NCBI GenBank assembly: GCA_049999805.1
Contig: JBNGIO010006303.1
Coordinates: 304,466-368,465 of the forward strand
Length of the DNA stretch: 64,000 bases
Source: Folioceros fuciformis
Taxonomy: Eukaryota
Direction of reading: 5' to 3'
The notes beneath the pieces are model-generated. The model worked only from the letters and a program-made list of their open reading frames with translations. It ran no database searches and was not told where the DNA came from. Position numbers and translations under genes: made by a program. Within the stretch, counting starts at the first letter, position 1; each line of letters opens with the position of its first letter. This document shows positions 36,422 through 48,507 of the stretch, in pieces.

Positions 36422-37078
36422 GGCTTGCACTCCTGTCGCTAGCCGCCGCTGCTTGGTCTCACAGCCTGCCGGCAGGCTCACATGCCGCGCCGCACTATAC
36501 TCCGCCGCCGCAGCGTTGCCAGTTCTCCCTCAGCTCTTGCCGCCGGCTGCCCACAGCACCGCACCTGCCTGTCCTGCTCTCCTTTGCTCCCGTTACTGCT
36601 TTCATGCCCCGCACGCTAGACTTCAACCTAAGCCCATTCCAACCAGCCGGCGCAGGGCAGTGCAAGACATCCGATGCCGATGAGGATTGTCGCTCAGCGG
36701 GACGCACCCATCGGGATCCGCCCACTCTGCCCGATGCTCGCCCGCTATCTCTTCGCTTCAGGCAGAGTCTGCCGTTGCCTATGACCCATTACGCTTTGCC
36801 ACCGCCTCTACCCGGTAGCCGTGACCGGGGGAATCCCGGGTCCTGGCTTGAATCGTGAATCTTTCCACAGATTCACCATCCTATGAATATAGGACATGTA
36901 CATGTATACAACAGATCATCAAATGTATTCCGATCAATGGCAACTTTGGCTCTGAAATGAAGTGAATATCGTAGAAGAAATGTTTTGTCATTCCCAACAC
37001 GTTGTGAGCCTTGCGTCGCTCGAGTTGGATAGACGTGACCAAGCTTATCCGATTTCGGTCCACGGGGAGTAGGAGACC

Positions 37079-37961
37079 ATGGCAATGGCGTCTGGCGCGT
37101 CCACGGTGTGGTCCGTGCTAGCTCCTGCCTCGTCTGTGTACCGGCGGAGAACTGATGTTGGCATTTGCGGAGTGCGATGCGGCCCGAGCGGCCATGATGC
37201 TTCTGCTGCCGTCAGATCGATGGCCTCCAAGCCACTCTCCGCGGCTGTGACGGAGCAGGGGGAGTCAGTGGAGGCGAAAGAGAAGGAGAAGCAGGGGGAG
37301 TGGAGCAGACGGCGGGCTTTGGGAGCTGCGCTTCTCACGGGTGCGTCTCTTCACTGTGTCTCTGTTCCAGCCCCGGCTCAGGCGGTTAAGTCGCTTTCTA
37401 TCTCCATTGCTTGCACCTCCAATGTTGTCCGCATTTGCAGACACCAGGACATTGCTTGAAAGCAAAGATGCAGACTCGAGCTCACGGGCCCTAGACTATG
37501 CAGGTTGTGCAGATCAAACTCGTGAACCTCAAGTACAAACCGTGTGACAGGGATGCCGTTGCCCCAGGCTCTTCCCTTTACAAGGCCAAGTGCTTCCGGA
37601 TCTCAGGCGAGACCATAAACCCTACCGGACTTACGGTGTACAACGCCGATGTGTTCGGCTTTGTTTTGGATGCGTACGACGAGCCAGCCCTGCCGAACCG
37701 AGGAAGACTGGCCTCCATCAAGGAGATCCCACCTGTAAGACCACCTCCTAGCATTGCCTCTCTCTTATTGTCAGCATTTCTAAGAACCAGTGATATTATC
37801 CCCGTCTTGCACCGGTGCAGGGTAAGGGCAAGTTCGAAATTGAGATCGTCGTCCCAGCCAGTGAAACTCTACCACTGCAGCTGAAAAATTTTAGGGCAAC
37901 GGGCTTCCTGGGTGAAGTAAACAGGGAGCTGAACCCTTACGAGTACACTGACAACGAGTGA
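37079..37961 (+). CDS. Nuclear-encoded thylakoid lumen protein (Tat signal) resembling a conserved cyanobacterial hypothetical protein, 225 aa
   Basis: Exons 37079-37384, 37504-37734 and 37821-37961 splice in frame. Transit peptide, then RRRALGAALL...APAQA (twin-Arg, hydrophobic stretch, AxA). Mature part VVQIKL...CFRISG...TVYNADVFG...RLASIKEIPPG...PLQLKNFRATGF. Confidence 0.8.
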
Positions 37962-38137
37962 GCGTTTATTTGTATTATATAGGAACTGCTGCCCCCATTG
38001 ACAACATCAGTAAGTTGCTGCAATGGGAACCTCGTCTCCATAGTCTCTTTTCTGTAGTGTTATTGTACTTACGACAAATACATAGGGTGTGAGATGGACA
38101 ACCTTGGCAGCTCTGCCTAGACGTGGCATTGTGTTCT

Positions 38138-39454
38138 TCAGATATCCAGCGTCGACTGTACTTCCCACAAAGCCTTGGCTGACCGCCGGAGCTGGTCAGT
38201 CTCCTCGTCGTCCAGGATGGCGTTCACAACGCTCAAGATGCCGGCGCGGCCGAGCTGCGCTGGCAGGCTAAGATAGACTTCCTCTTCGATACCGTGAAAA
38301 CCCTTGGCGAGGACGGAAACGGGATGAATTCTTCTGTGGTTCCTCAGCAGGCTCTTGGTGAGACTTGCAACGGAGTAGCCGATAGCCCAGGAAGTGTAGC
38401 CCTTGAGCTTGATCACCTGATAGGCGCCATCCACCACCGTCTGCCGGATGGCCTTTAGATCCTCCTTATCGACATCCACACCGCGCTTTCGCAGAAACTC
38501 CAGGACGGGAATTCCTCCCACGCTCATACTGGACCAAAGAGCGACGGAGCTGTCCCCGTGCTCCCCAACGATGTAAGCGTGCACGTTCTGCGCATTCACA
38601 TCCAGCTGATTCGCGATGACGAATTTGAACCGAGACGAATCCAAGTTAGTGCCACTCCCTATCACCCGATTGGGCGGTAGCCCGGAGAGCTTCCACGAAA
38701 CGTAGGTAAGGATGTCCACGGGGTTGGAGACGATGAGCAGCGTGGTGTTGGGACTGTGTTGCACCAACTTCGGGATGATGGCCTTGAAGAGCGAAACGTT
38801 GCGCTCCACTAGGGACAGGCGAGTCTCGCCCTCCCGCTGCCGGGCTCCCGCCGTGACAATGCAGATGTCCGATCCCGCCGACACCGCATAGTCAGTGTCC
38901 GCCGAAATGGTGACTCTCGGCAGAAAGGCAGCCGCGTGTTGAAGATCTAGCATCTCCCCACGGAGCTTGTCCGCCTGCACGTCCACCAGGGCCAGCTCGT
39001 CCGCGAGATCCTGCGTTAAAATCGTCTGCGCGCACGCCATCCCGACGTTGCCGACTCCCACCACCGTCACCTTGTAGCTCTTCTCCGACGGCAGGTGCGA
39101 CACGGTGCCCCCCGGCAGGGGCAAAAACAGCGACTCCATCACCTGCCGCGACGCGTGTTGCAGACCGGGAGCGGATGCCTCTGAGGAAGCCACGGCTTCA
39201 GGGACTACACTAGCACGCCCTGGATCCCCCGCTCTCCCCTCCACTATTGCCGATCCCGACCTCAACCCCAGCCCCATCCGCAGGACCTTGGACATTATCC
39301 ATGACGGACTCAGTCTGCGAACGCCCCGATCTGACACGCATCCTAGTCCCCGGCACGTCCTCCGTCCCTCCACCTGGAATGTTACGGCTGCCACCTGTGC
39401 CGCCAACTGGCAAGGGCTCCTGACCCTTGCCGCAACCCCTTGTACACATGCCAT
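38138..39454 (-). CDS. LDH: L-lactate dehydrogenase, intronless, with long N-terminal extension
   Basis: VVGVGNVGMA (Rossmann), GEMLDLQH, VTAGARQREGETRL, LIVSNPVD, GSGTNLDSSRF, VGEHGDS, KGYTSWAIG. Start uncertain: in-frame ATGs include 39586 and 39454, plus later ones. Confidence 0.96.
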   Translation of the reverse strand: MACVQGVAARVRSPCQLAAQVAAVTFQVEGRRTCRGLGCVSDRGVRRLSPSWIMSKVLRMGLGLRSGSAIVEGRAGDPGRASVVPEAVASSEASAPGLQHASRQVMESLFLPLPGGTVSHLPSEKSYKVTVVGVGNVGMACAQTILTQDLADELALVDVQADKLRGEMLDLQHAAAFLPRVTISADTDYAVSAGSDICIVTAGARQREGETRLSLVERNVSLFKAIIPKLVQHSPNTTLLIVSNPVDILTYVSWKLSGLPPNRVIGSGTNLDSSRFKFVIANQLDVNAQNVHAYIVGEHGDSSVALWSSMSVGGIPVLEFLRKRGVDVDKEDLKAIRQTVVDGAYQVIKLKGYTSWAIGYSVASLTKSLLRNHRRIHPVSVLAKGFHGIEEEVYLSLPAQLGRAGILSVVNAILDDEETDQLRRSAKALWEVQSTLDI

Positions 39455-40104
39455 AGCTGATACCTTCCGTTCCCTTGCTGTGCAAAGCGCATTGCACGAC
39501 CCTGACTCTGTGCGATAGAAGTACAGCCCGGGCGAGGAGAACGAAGGCGACTCAAGGACCAAGTGGCGATGCATGCATTCCTCCATCGCGCCCGCTGCAC
39601 CTCGCTGTTCCTGTCTATTCCTGTACAACGAAGTTCAGACATGCCTACAGCGTGCGCAACAGTCAACAAATGCCTTCCGGACTCGCGAATTCAATTAAGA
39701 AATGGTTAGACCCTAGGAATTCAAGTACGTATATGAATTAAAGTAAGTACCTACTACACGTATGTACAATATGTATGGTATGTAGCAGTGCATGCTTTTG
39801 TTTCCTTGTGTGCAACAGCTGTGGCTCTTAGTAAGACCGACCTGGATGGTTTGAAACATTAGTATCGACAAGGGACGGGCAGCCGCCTGTGTTGACTTTG
39901 CCCTCTCTCATAGCAGAGTGCCGCCAAGTGGACCACTCCACCTTCAAGATGGTAGCTGCTCGTGCCAGGATTGCGGCATCAGCAAATGAATTTTTGCAGA
40001 TGCCACCAGCCTGCCCTTGATTATGGGCTGTTAAACAGTGTCGGTGGACGTGAAGATCTCGGACAGGGTTGGTGCAATTGGGCCAAGGTGGCGTCTGATC
40101 GGGC

Positions 40105-43100
40105 ATGATGCTGGATGAATGGGCGCAGTCCACGGCGTCTGCCGGAGGAGCTCCTTCCCTTGTTGCATATCAGGTGTTGGGCGCTGCTTGTCTGGTGGTG
40201 CTGGGTTTTTCGTTGACAGGAGGGAAGACGGAAGGGACGACTTGGAATTGGGAGAAAGGTGTGTGTTTTTTTTGTCTCATGTGAAATAAAATTTTTGTTC
40301 CCAGGTTGACCAGCTTGGAGTTGCTGAAAGCACCTCCAAGAGCTCCGAGGTTCCAATCTGCACCGTGGAGTTGTTGGATCCCAATGCTGCCAAAGGGCAC
40401 GGGCTCATTACCTCGGTCGCGGCTGGGAACAATGTGGTTCTGGTGGGCACCAACAAAGGGTGGATAGTTCGACATGATTTCACGGAAGGCAGTTGTATAG
40501 GTCAGTCTGGAGGGTATTTCTTTTGGCGTCGTGCGAGCTTCGCATTTTTCAAAACCTTTCTCAGGAGCTTTACTTTGTTTGGTGATGGCTTTTCTTACTT
40601 GCAGATCTTGACTTGAATACAAGCCGGGGTTCTGGTCAACCCATCCACAGAGTTTTCGTCGACCCCGGAGGCAGGCACTCTCTTGCCACTCACTTGAACA
40701 GCGCGGCAGCAGAAACATACTACATCCACGCCAGATGGAAAAAGCCCCGGGCTTTGAGCAAACTGAAGGGCGTGGTTGTGAATGCTGTTGCTTGGAATCG
40801 GCAACAGATCACCGATGGTGAGCTTCGTTTGCTGGGATCTGTTCTTTTTTTGAAGGAGTTGTACCCTGCTTGTTCTCAAGTGTCACTGCCTTACAGCGTC
40901 AACAAGGGAGGTGGTAATTGGAACAAGCGGGGGGCACCTATATGAGACATGGGTTGATGAGAAGGACAAGAAAGAAAAGTACCTCAAGCTTTTGTTCGAG
41001 CTCAATGAAAGGAAGGAACCATTCGTTGGGGTGCAGGCAAGAATTTCAATTCCGATTGCTGACTTTGAGATGAGCAGCATAGCTTTGCTGTATCCAAGCG
41101 CTCATCTCTTCTGGACTTCCAGATGGAAACAGTGGGCACAGGTTCCAACATTCGATATTTCGTGATGGCTGCAACCATGACGCGCTTGTACGTTTTTGTC
41201 GGCACTGGATCTCTAGAGGTTAGTTTTCCAGTTTCAAAGTCATCTGTGTCATAAAACGCTACACCAAAGGAAGTCAGTCCTGGGCTGCTGCTGCCCCCGT
41301 GGTGGCTCTGGAGCAGCCTAGCTAGAATTACGTCTGTACATGATATCACTTTAAGAGTGTTGGTAACTATCTACAGTCTCAAGCGACTTGAATGATTTCA
41401 AGAGGACGTGTTCCAATCACTTGCATGGCAGGCAGTCTTTCCTGCATATGCTGACCAGGCAGCGCGCTTCACAGAGTTTCCTGGAGAGATTCCCAATAGG
41501 TAATCAATGTCTACTGAAGCAGTGTCCCATTGGCTGCCTTAATCGATCTAACTTCAGAGTCCTACCCTTATAAGTTCTGATCTGCGCCAAAAATCTTTGG
41601 AGCTTAAGTCAGTGGGGCTTCAGTCCATGTCTGCACTGTTCAACAGGCCAGCATGTTGTGTTGCAGTGAATTATACTTCTTCGGCAAGCAGCGTAGGTCA
41701 GAGAGATTCGCATGGCTAGCCGGCCCAGGCATCTACCATGGTCACCTGAATTTGGGTACTCGACAAAGGTATGCATCTGTTGCCACAAGGTTTAGGATTC
41801 AGGTGGAAGGTGAATGATTCGGTTCTCTCCTGACATGACAAGCAGCTAGTTGCCACTATGTGAGTCGGCCTGATCCTACGTTTATCACAGTGACGCCACC
41901 CATGTAGAAGATACCTATGTGGAAAACAAATGGCTAATAAGCTATGCTAAATTAGCGGATGGAACTGAAAGCATCCCAAAGTCGATGGCACTCACAAACT
42001 ACCATTTCCTCCTCCTGTTTGATAAGAAGCTCAAGGTACTGACTGTTTGTTTTTTGTGTTGAAAAAGCCTTGCCTTTTCGTGCTTCATTCTGACAAGTTT
42101 GTTCAACCGACTGGAAAGATCAGGTTGTGAACACTGTAAACGAAAAAGTCATCCAGGAGGAGAGATTTGATGAGCTGCAGGAGATGAGCCCGGTTGGCAT
42201 GCTTGGTCTTGCTTCTGATACTGCTGCAGGAACTTTTTATGGATTCAATGAAAGCTCCATATTTGAGGTATAAAGTTGGGTTGGAGGCTTGGAAACTGTT
42301 TCCAACATCTACAATCCACAGCTCCTCATGAGTTTGCTGTGGGATCTTCCAGATTGCTGTCCATGATGAAGGACGAGACATGTGGCAAGTTTATCTTAGT
42401 ATGAAGGAATATGCATTAGCTCTGGAACACTGCCGGGATTCGTTTCAGAAAGACAGAGTATTTGCAGCACAGGTGTGTACTGATTGACTCCACATACGTC
42501 GTACATTTTTCATTGATCAGTCTGAAAGGAAATGATCTCTTGTTTGACGCAGGCAGATGCTGCTTTTCTTGAAAAAGATTATCTGCGAGCTGCATCCTTT
42601 TATGCAAAGGTATGACGTGTTGAGTTCATGTCTTCTGAAGAACCTGGATGGTTTTCATACTTTAACTGGAATCTTCTCCTCTGGACAGACTAGTAGTACA
42701 GCGTCATTTGAGGAGTTGGCTCTCAAGTTCATCTCTGTTGATGAGCCGGTGAGTCAGTATTGATCATTTCAGGTGCTATACAACACATCCTGGACATTTG
42801 TCTCAGATCTTATTTCTTGACAGGATGCTTTAAGGACTTTCTTGCTGCGTCGCCTAGATCGTCTTGGGAAAGAAGAGCGCTCTCAAATCACCATGATTTC
42901 TACTTGGATTGTGGAGCTTTACCTGGACAAGGTTGGCTGTCTGTCAGAATACTCAGCTGCCAGTGGCCTTGCTTACATTGAATTTTCAGTTGTCGGTATC
43001 TTTTGTGGTCGAGCAGATAAACCGACTTCTATTTGATGAGGAGGAACTAAAAGATGGAGGCGCGAATGATGGTCGCCAGGAGAGACCAGAGTACACAAGC

Positions 43101-45852
43101 ACATTGAAGGAATTTCGTGCCTTTCTGAGTGATTGCAAAGATGTTTTAGATGAAGCCACCACTATGAAGCTGTTAGGCAGGTACGCTTACTGAAGATCCT
43201 AGTTTTTGAAGACCTTGTGCAAATGAGGGTCAGACTGTTCTCTAGTTGGATGTCCTGAGTATGGCCAGTTGACTGCATGCTTTGTGAATTGTCTGCAGCT
43301 ATGGTAGAACAGAGGAAGCTGTGTATTTCGCAAGTTTGAAGGAGCAGCATGAAGTTGTTGTCCGACATTATGTTCAGGTTGTGTTCTGTGACGTTCCCAT
43401 GCTGCTGTAGACAATCTTTGGAAGAAAACCCAAGTTGTATAAAGCAGATCTATTTATATCAATTATAAACGAGGCATGGTTGTGTGTATCAAGCAGCAAC
43501 GAGATGCTAAACGTGCATTGGCTGTTCTCCGAAAACCGAATGTTTCTACAGAACTGATGGTATGGCATCACTGGTCATTTTGGTGTCAGCAGTGTTACCT
43601 GGATTATGACCCACTTTCATAACAGATAGCTTGAAGAACTGTGGCGCAAGTAGCTCTGAAACCTGTTCTGATGATTGCAGTACAAGTTTTCTCCAGCATT
43701 GATAATGTTGAATGCCTATGAAACTGTGGAGTCTTGGATGTCTGGCACAAACTTAAACGTGCGGCGCCTTATTCCTGCTCTGATGCGCTACTCAAGTGAA
43801 CCACGCCCATTGTGAGCATCTCTTGTTCATTGGCTAGCTCTTACTCTCCGCAGTTCAGTTGTGTCTTGCTTGCTTCCACCAACGAATCCATAAGTGGATC
43901 CTAAGCTTGTTATGGATGCAGGAATCAGGCGAATGAAGCTATCAAATTTCTTGAGTATTGCATTCAACGGCAACACAATGAAGATAGTGCTGTCCACAAC
44001 CTTCTCCTCTCGCTTTATGCTAAACAGGTCCGTGTACTCCATATCTTAAATCTCACATTTTTATTCTTCCTCTGTCTAATTGGCTTCAGCAGTCTCATTG
44101 GCATGTCGATCTTTTAGTTTGCTATAACTATCGAGCTCTTATGAATAGGAGGACGAAATCTCACTGCTTCGATTCTTGGAGTCCAAATATGGGAGAGGGA
44201 GGCCTGGACGGCCAGAGATTTTCTATGACCCAAAATATGCCCTCCGCTTGTGTTTGGAGGAAAAGCGGATGCAAGCCTGTGTCTACATCTACAGTATGAT
44301 GGGCATGCATGAAGAAGCTGTCGCTCTAGCGTTGCAGGTTCACAACACTCATATTTCTGTGTCCGCTTGTGTTAAGTGTCAGATTGGTTACCCTTGCTCT
44401 AGTAATGCATTTATGGCTGTATGGAAGATGGTGCCACAGATGAAGTACACTCACAACTTGGTATATGTGCGGTATAGGTGGATTTGGATCTTGCGAAGGG
44501 CGAAGTAAAGAAAATTGAGGATGATGAAGAGCTTCAAAAGAAGCTGTGGTTGATGGTAGCAAAGTATGTCGTTGAACAGGAGAAGGGAGTTAAGCAGGAG
44601 AACATAAGAAAGGTCATAGCTTTTCTCAGTGAAACCGATGGTTTGCTGAAGATTGAAGACATCCTTCCTTTCTTTCCAGACTTTTCCTTCATAGACGACT
44701 TCAAGGTAATGATTTGGGATTGGAACTAATTCAGGCGATACATAGGGAACGGGATGTATGTTCACCCACTCATCCACCCAATATTCTGTGGATGTATAAC
44801 TGTGTGCTGAAGAAAATGCGTGATTACTGTCAATTCAACGGCTGTGCACACAAAGAAAAACGGGTGGGGTCTGAGTTTATTACCTTCGCTGGAATCTCTC
44901 TTATGTCCCTGGGCACCGCTGTTTTCAGGAAGCTATCTGTGCATCTTTGGAGGACTACAATCGGCAAATCGAGGAGTTGAAGATGGAAATGAACGATGCA
45001 ACTCGGGGTGCAGATAATATTAGACAAGATATTAGTGCTCTTTCACTGCGATATGCAATTGTCAACCGTGACGAGGAATGCGGAGTAAGTTGTTTTACAG
45101 CTTTAGGTTTACCCAACCTGTTGATCCCCATGCTCCGGCCATGGGGTCATTCGATGTCTTACCGGTCTGGCTTCATGTGACAGGTCTGTGGAAGACAAGT
45201 TCTAGCAAGGGGAGGTTTCCAAGGTGTAGCTGGATCTGTGAGGACATACGATTCTGTTATGGCACCATTCTATGTGTTCCCTTGTGAGCACGCCTTTCAT
45301 GCACCTTGTCTCATAGACCATGTTATGAAGCATACAGACAAAAGCGAGGTGAGCTGTGCTTAGTGAGTATTTATGTTGTTATCAGGGAAGACTTTGCGGG
45401 CCTTGTGACTTGATCGTGAGCGATTTTCCCTTTCCTTTTCAGAGGGATAGGATAAATGAACTACACCAGAAACTAGCAGCTGTTCCGAGTGATGGCCCTG
45501 CAAAGAAACTTCTAGCAAAGAGCAGGGAGGAAGACGAATCAGTGAAGGGCCGGACAGTCCCTTCCGATCAGGTAATCCATCTAATACTAAGTCTGACTGG
45601 AGCTGGTTATCTGCCTGTGAAACTGAGGATCAAGCACCTACTCACACTGTATGTCCCATTTTGATGCCCAATAAGTTGTGGCTGGTTGTGCAGATCGTTG
45701 CTCAGCTTGACGATGCTGTTGCTGGAGAATGTCCGTTCTGTGGGGAGCTTATGATCCATCAGATCTCAAAGTCTTTTATATCTTCAGACGAAGCAGACGA
45801 GGTTGCCAGCTGGGATCTGGCTTTTGGTAATGTACGGAAGGGCTTTTCCTAA
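40105..45852 (+). CDS. VPS18: Vacuolar protein sorting 18 (HOPS/CORVET subunit), ~25 exons
   Basis: IHRVFVDPGGRHSL, VVNAVAWN, FAWLAGPGIYHG, DEGRDMWQVYL, SFEELALKF, WIVELYLDKIN, YDPKYALRLC, LLKIEDILPFFPDF, FYVFPCEHAFH and ECPFCGELMI (C-terminal RING), joined by consistent splice sites. Confidence 0.96.
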
Positions 45853-46132
45853 TTGAGTGAAAACATGTCAGGATGCTTTTCGTAATCGAGTGAGAATATC
45901 TCAATATGTTTTGTACAACGTCTCCAACCGGCTCAATCGCTACCTTGCTCACATTCCTGCCCGAATTTTTCAGCAGGCTGAATATTTACATCAGTGCTCT
46001 AGATGATGAAATGCTTTTCGGTTGTGACAGAGCATTTCTTTTCGTCTAACTGGCGTTAAGTGGGAGTCTATTTGTTCTCTTCACCAATGAGCCCTCCGGA
46101 CAGCTGCTTCAGGCTCTTGTAACCCGAACGGA

Positions 46133-47674
46133 CTAAGAAATTGATTCTGATGTCCAGTTGTAGAGCCAATGCAGGGGCAATCTATCCCCTGGTCCACTGG
46201 GTAATGCCATGAACTCGTAGATGATAGTGTCAAGTTGAGTCAAGTCATACGCGAAGTCAGGTGTGCGAAGAGCGTCTTCACATTCCGTTGTGTTGCCTGC
46301 CGACGGTGATGGGAACTTTTGATCCCAGGGATTGGCCTTAGTTGAATGCTTGAGTCTGAGAGCCCTGGCAGTGGTCCCAAGCCAGGTCCCCGGTCCACAG
46401 GGGCCATAAACCTCTATTACTCCTGATCCTTTGGGCATGAATAGAGCTGCCCATGTGTTAGCTCCATGGACGGTAATGAACAGATCAGTCTGGGAGAAGA
46501 GCGAGACTACTTCAGGCAGTGTTTGCTTGTAATCTCCGTTCAGCAGTAGGTCATCGACGAACGTGACTTGCAGAGGTGGCGAAGTCCAGTCATGACGGAG
46601 GTGCTGCACCACCTCGGGTGCATTCTTGACTCGCCGTCTGGACGCATCTCCCCTGCCATAAAACGTGACTCGCAGGGGGTGCGGGGGCAGACGCACCTCA
46701 GGTTCCTGCACCTCAAAGAAGGAAAACGTAGCATTCCTGTAGCGGAGCAATGCAGGGGTGACAATTTCCTCTCCCAAGTAGTCGGATATCCGGTCACATG
46801 TGGTGCAGGCCAGAGTGAGGCTTTCGTAGCACACAGGAGTCTGCAACCCATCCACAAGTAGGAAGTCTGCAGTCGGGGACAGTTGGCCTAGCATGGCTAT
46901 CTGGAACATAAGGGTGTGACGGTCCACATTGTGGCTCGATTGCTCCATCCATGAGCTGAATCCTTTCACGACGAAGTGATTAATGGGCTTGGATGTGGTA
47001 GTCGACAGGGGAGCCTGATAGCCTGCAATATGGGGCCACACTCTCTCTGCGAAATGGTGAAACACATTACCCAGGTACGGTAAAATGTGGGTGGTGTTCC
47101 CGGTCACCCATCTGGCATCCTCGGGTGTCTGTTCAACCATTTCCATCCCAATGCAGCCCCAGGAGCAGTTATAGGCAGAGTGCCACTCCAGCCTCAATGC
47201 AGGTGACGCTTCCAGACTTCTGTGGACTTCACCCTCCGAGATGCCCACCAACATTATGGGCCCATCGGGCTTCATGCAAACATGTTTGACAGTGGTTAAA
47301 CCGTAGCCCTTGACATTTCTGTTCCTTTCAAAAGACGTGACCAACCCCTTGGGTGCCCTCTCCAAGCTGTCAAGAAGCAACGTTGTCCGTCCTTCAAAGG
47401 CCCGCTCCAAACTGGGAGTCCCCCGGATTTCCAATGGTGGCCTTGCAGCATCTTGAGTCTCTCGGTGCAAATCTTTTTCTGCCAATCTGCTCCCCCAGCT
47501 TCCCGTCCCATCACACTGAATGTCCGGACGTGATTCAGCACCAAACCAGATGGAATGGAGGACACTGAACTTTTGGTATAGTGTTCCGCCCACAAGAAGG
47601 AACAGCACGCAGAACACTGCACCTGTGAGGTAACTTCTCAGTGGAGGGCGGGACCCCCTGCCCACACCCACCAT
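46133..47674 (-). CDS. Glycosyltransferase family 61 (DUF563)-like type II membrane protein, single exon
   Basis: N-terminal TM segment (AVFCVLFLLVGGTLY), NVFHHFAE, R...RRRVKN..EV, DLFITVHGANTWAALFMPKGSGVIEV. First in-frame ATG at 47674. Confidence 0.75.
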   Translation of the reverse strand: MVGVGRGSRPPLRSYLTGAVFCVLFLLVGGTLYQKFSVLHSIWFGAESRPDIQCDGTGSWGSRLAEKDLHRETQDAARPPLEIRGTPSLERAFEGRTTLLLDSLERAPKGLVTSFERNRNVKGYGLTTVKHVCMKPDGPIMLVGISEGEVHRSLEASPALRLEWHSAYNCSWGCIGMEMVEQTPEDARWVTGNTTHILPYLGNVFHHFAERVWPHIAGYQAPLSTTTSKPINHFVVKGFSSWMEQSSHNVDRHTLMFQIAMLGQLSPTADFLLVDGLQTPVCYESLTLACTTCDRISDYLGEEIVTPALLRYRNATFSFFEVQEPEVRLPPHPLRVTFYGRGDASRRRVKNAPEVVQHLRHDWTSPPLQVTFVDDLLLNGDYKQTLPEVVSLFSQTDLFITVHGANTWAALFMPKGSGVIEVYGPCGPGTWLGTTARALRLKHSTKANPWDQKFPSPSAGNTTECEDALRTPDFAYDLTQLDTIIYEFMALPSGPGDRLPLHWLYNWTSESIS

Positions 47675-48507
47675 TGGCTGTTCAGCCTGGATCGCCACTT
47701 CCCATTTCCACTGTCATTCATCACTCAGTTCAGCAGAACATCAGCGGAGCCAGCTCCTTACGCTTCCGTCCATGTCCTATCTTGGCTTCTCTTTCTTGTT
47801 CTTGATGGATCAGTTCACAGTCGTCTGTACATGTGCTTCTTTACACGCACCCAGGCCGTGTACAGGCATCTAGCGAGTTTGGAAGTGTTCGTCCTACTCG
47901 CATTTGCCTTCAAGATGCCATTGCTTTCTTGGAGCTATGCAGATCCTCTCCATATATGAATCCACCTTTTGTATATAAATTATTATTTGTTATTATTTTA
48001 ATACGTGTTATAGTAGAAATAGACTAGAAATCAAATGATCAACACTTAAGCATTTTAACTTTGATGATCATTCACCTCATGGAAAGGACTACGTTGCATT
48101 TATGGCAATGGGGCTTTGTTTCAGGGAGGAAAATATTTGCTTTTCAATAGAAAGCAAATGAAAACTCACCTTGTTCAGAGTAAAAATAATTGTATTTCTA
48201 TTTTCTATCCACATTCTTTCAAAGATAACACACTATACTTGAAACAAATAGAAACATGATCATGTTTCTCATTTACAAGACAGTGCAAATAAAAAACATA
48301 CATTGTGATCGCATCACAATGCAAAAGAACTTTGTGGAAATTTGAAACAATTCCAAACAACTTTAACAAACCCATTGCTATGTTCAATAGTTGTCTTGCC
48401 AAGAGTTGCTAAAGCTTTAGTGCTCCAAACTTATGCTAACTAGAAGTAGTCTAAGAGAGCTGAGCCAAATTTGTTCATATGTTTGTTACCACTTGGCTTG
48501 CAAGGAG

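Noticed and set aside
29318..47674. Biosynthetic gene cluster (dioxygenases, LDH, GT61)
   Set aside because: No scaffold-forming enzyme, and the genes are separated by unrelated housekeeping genes.
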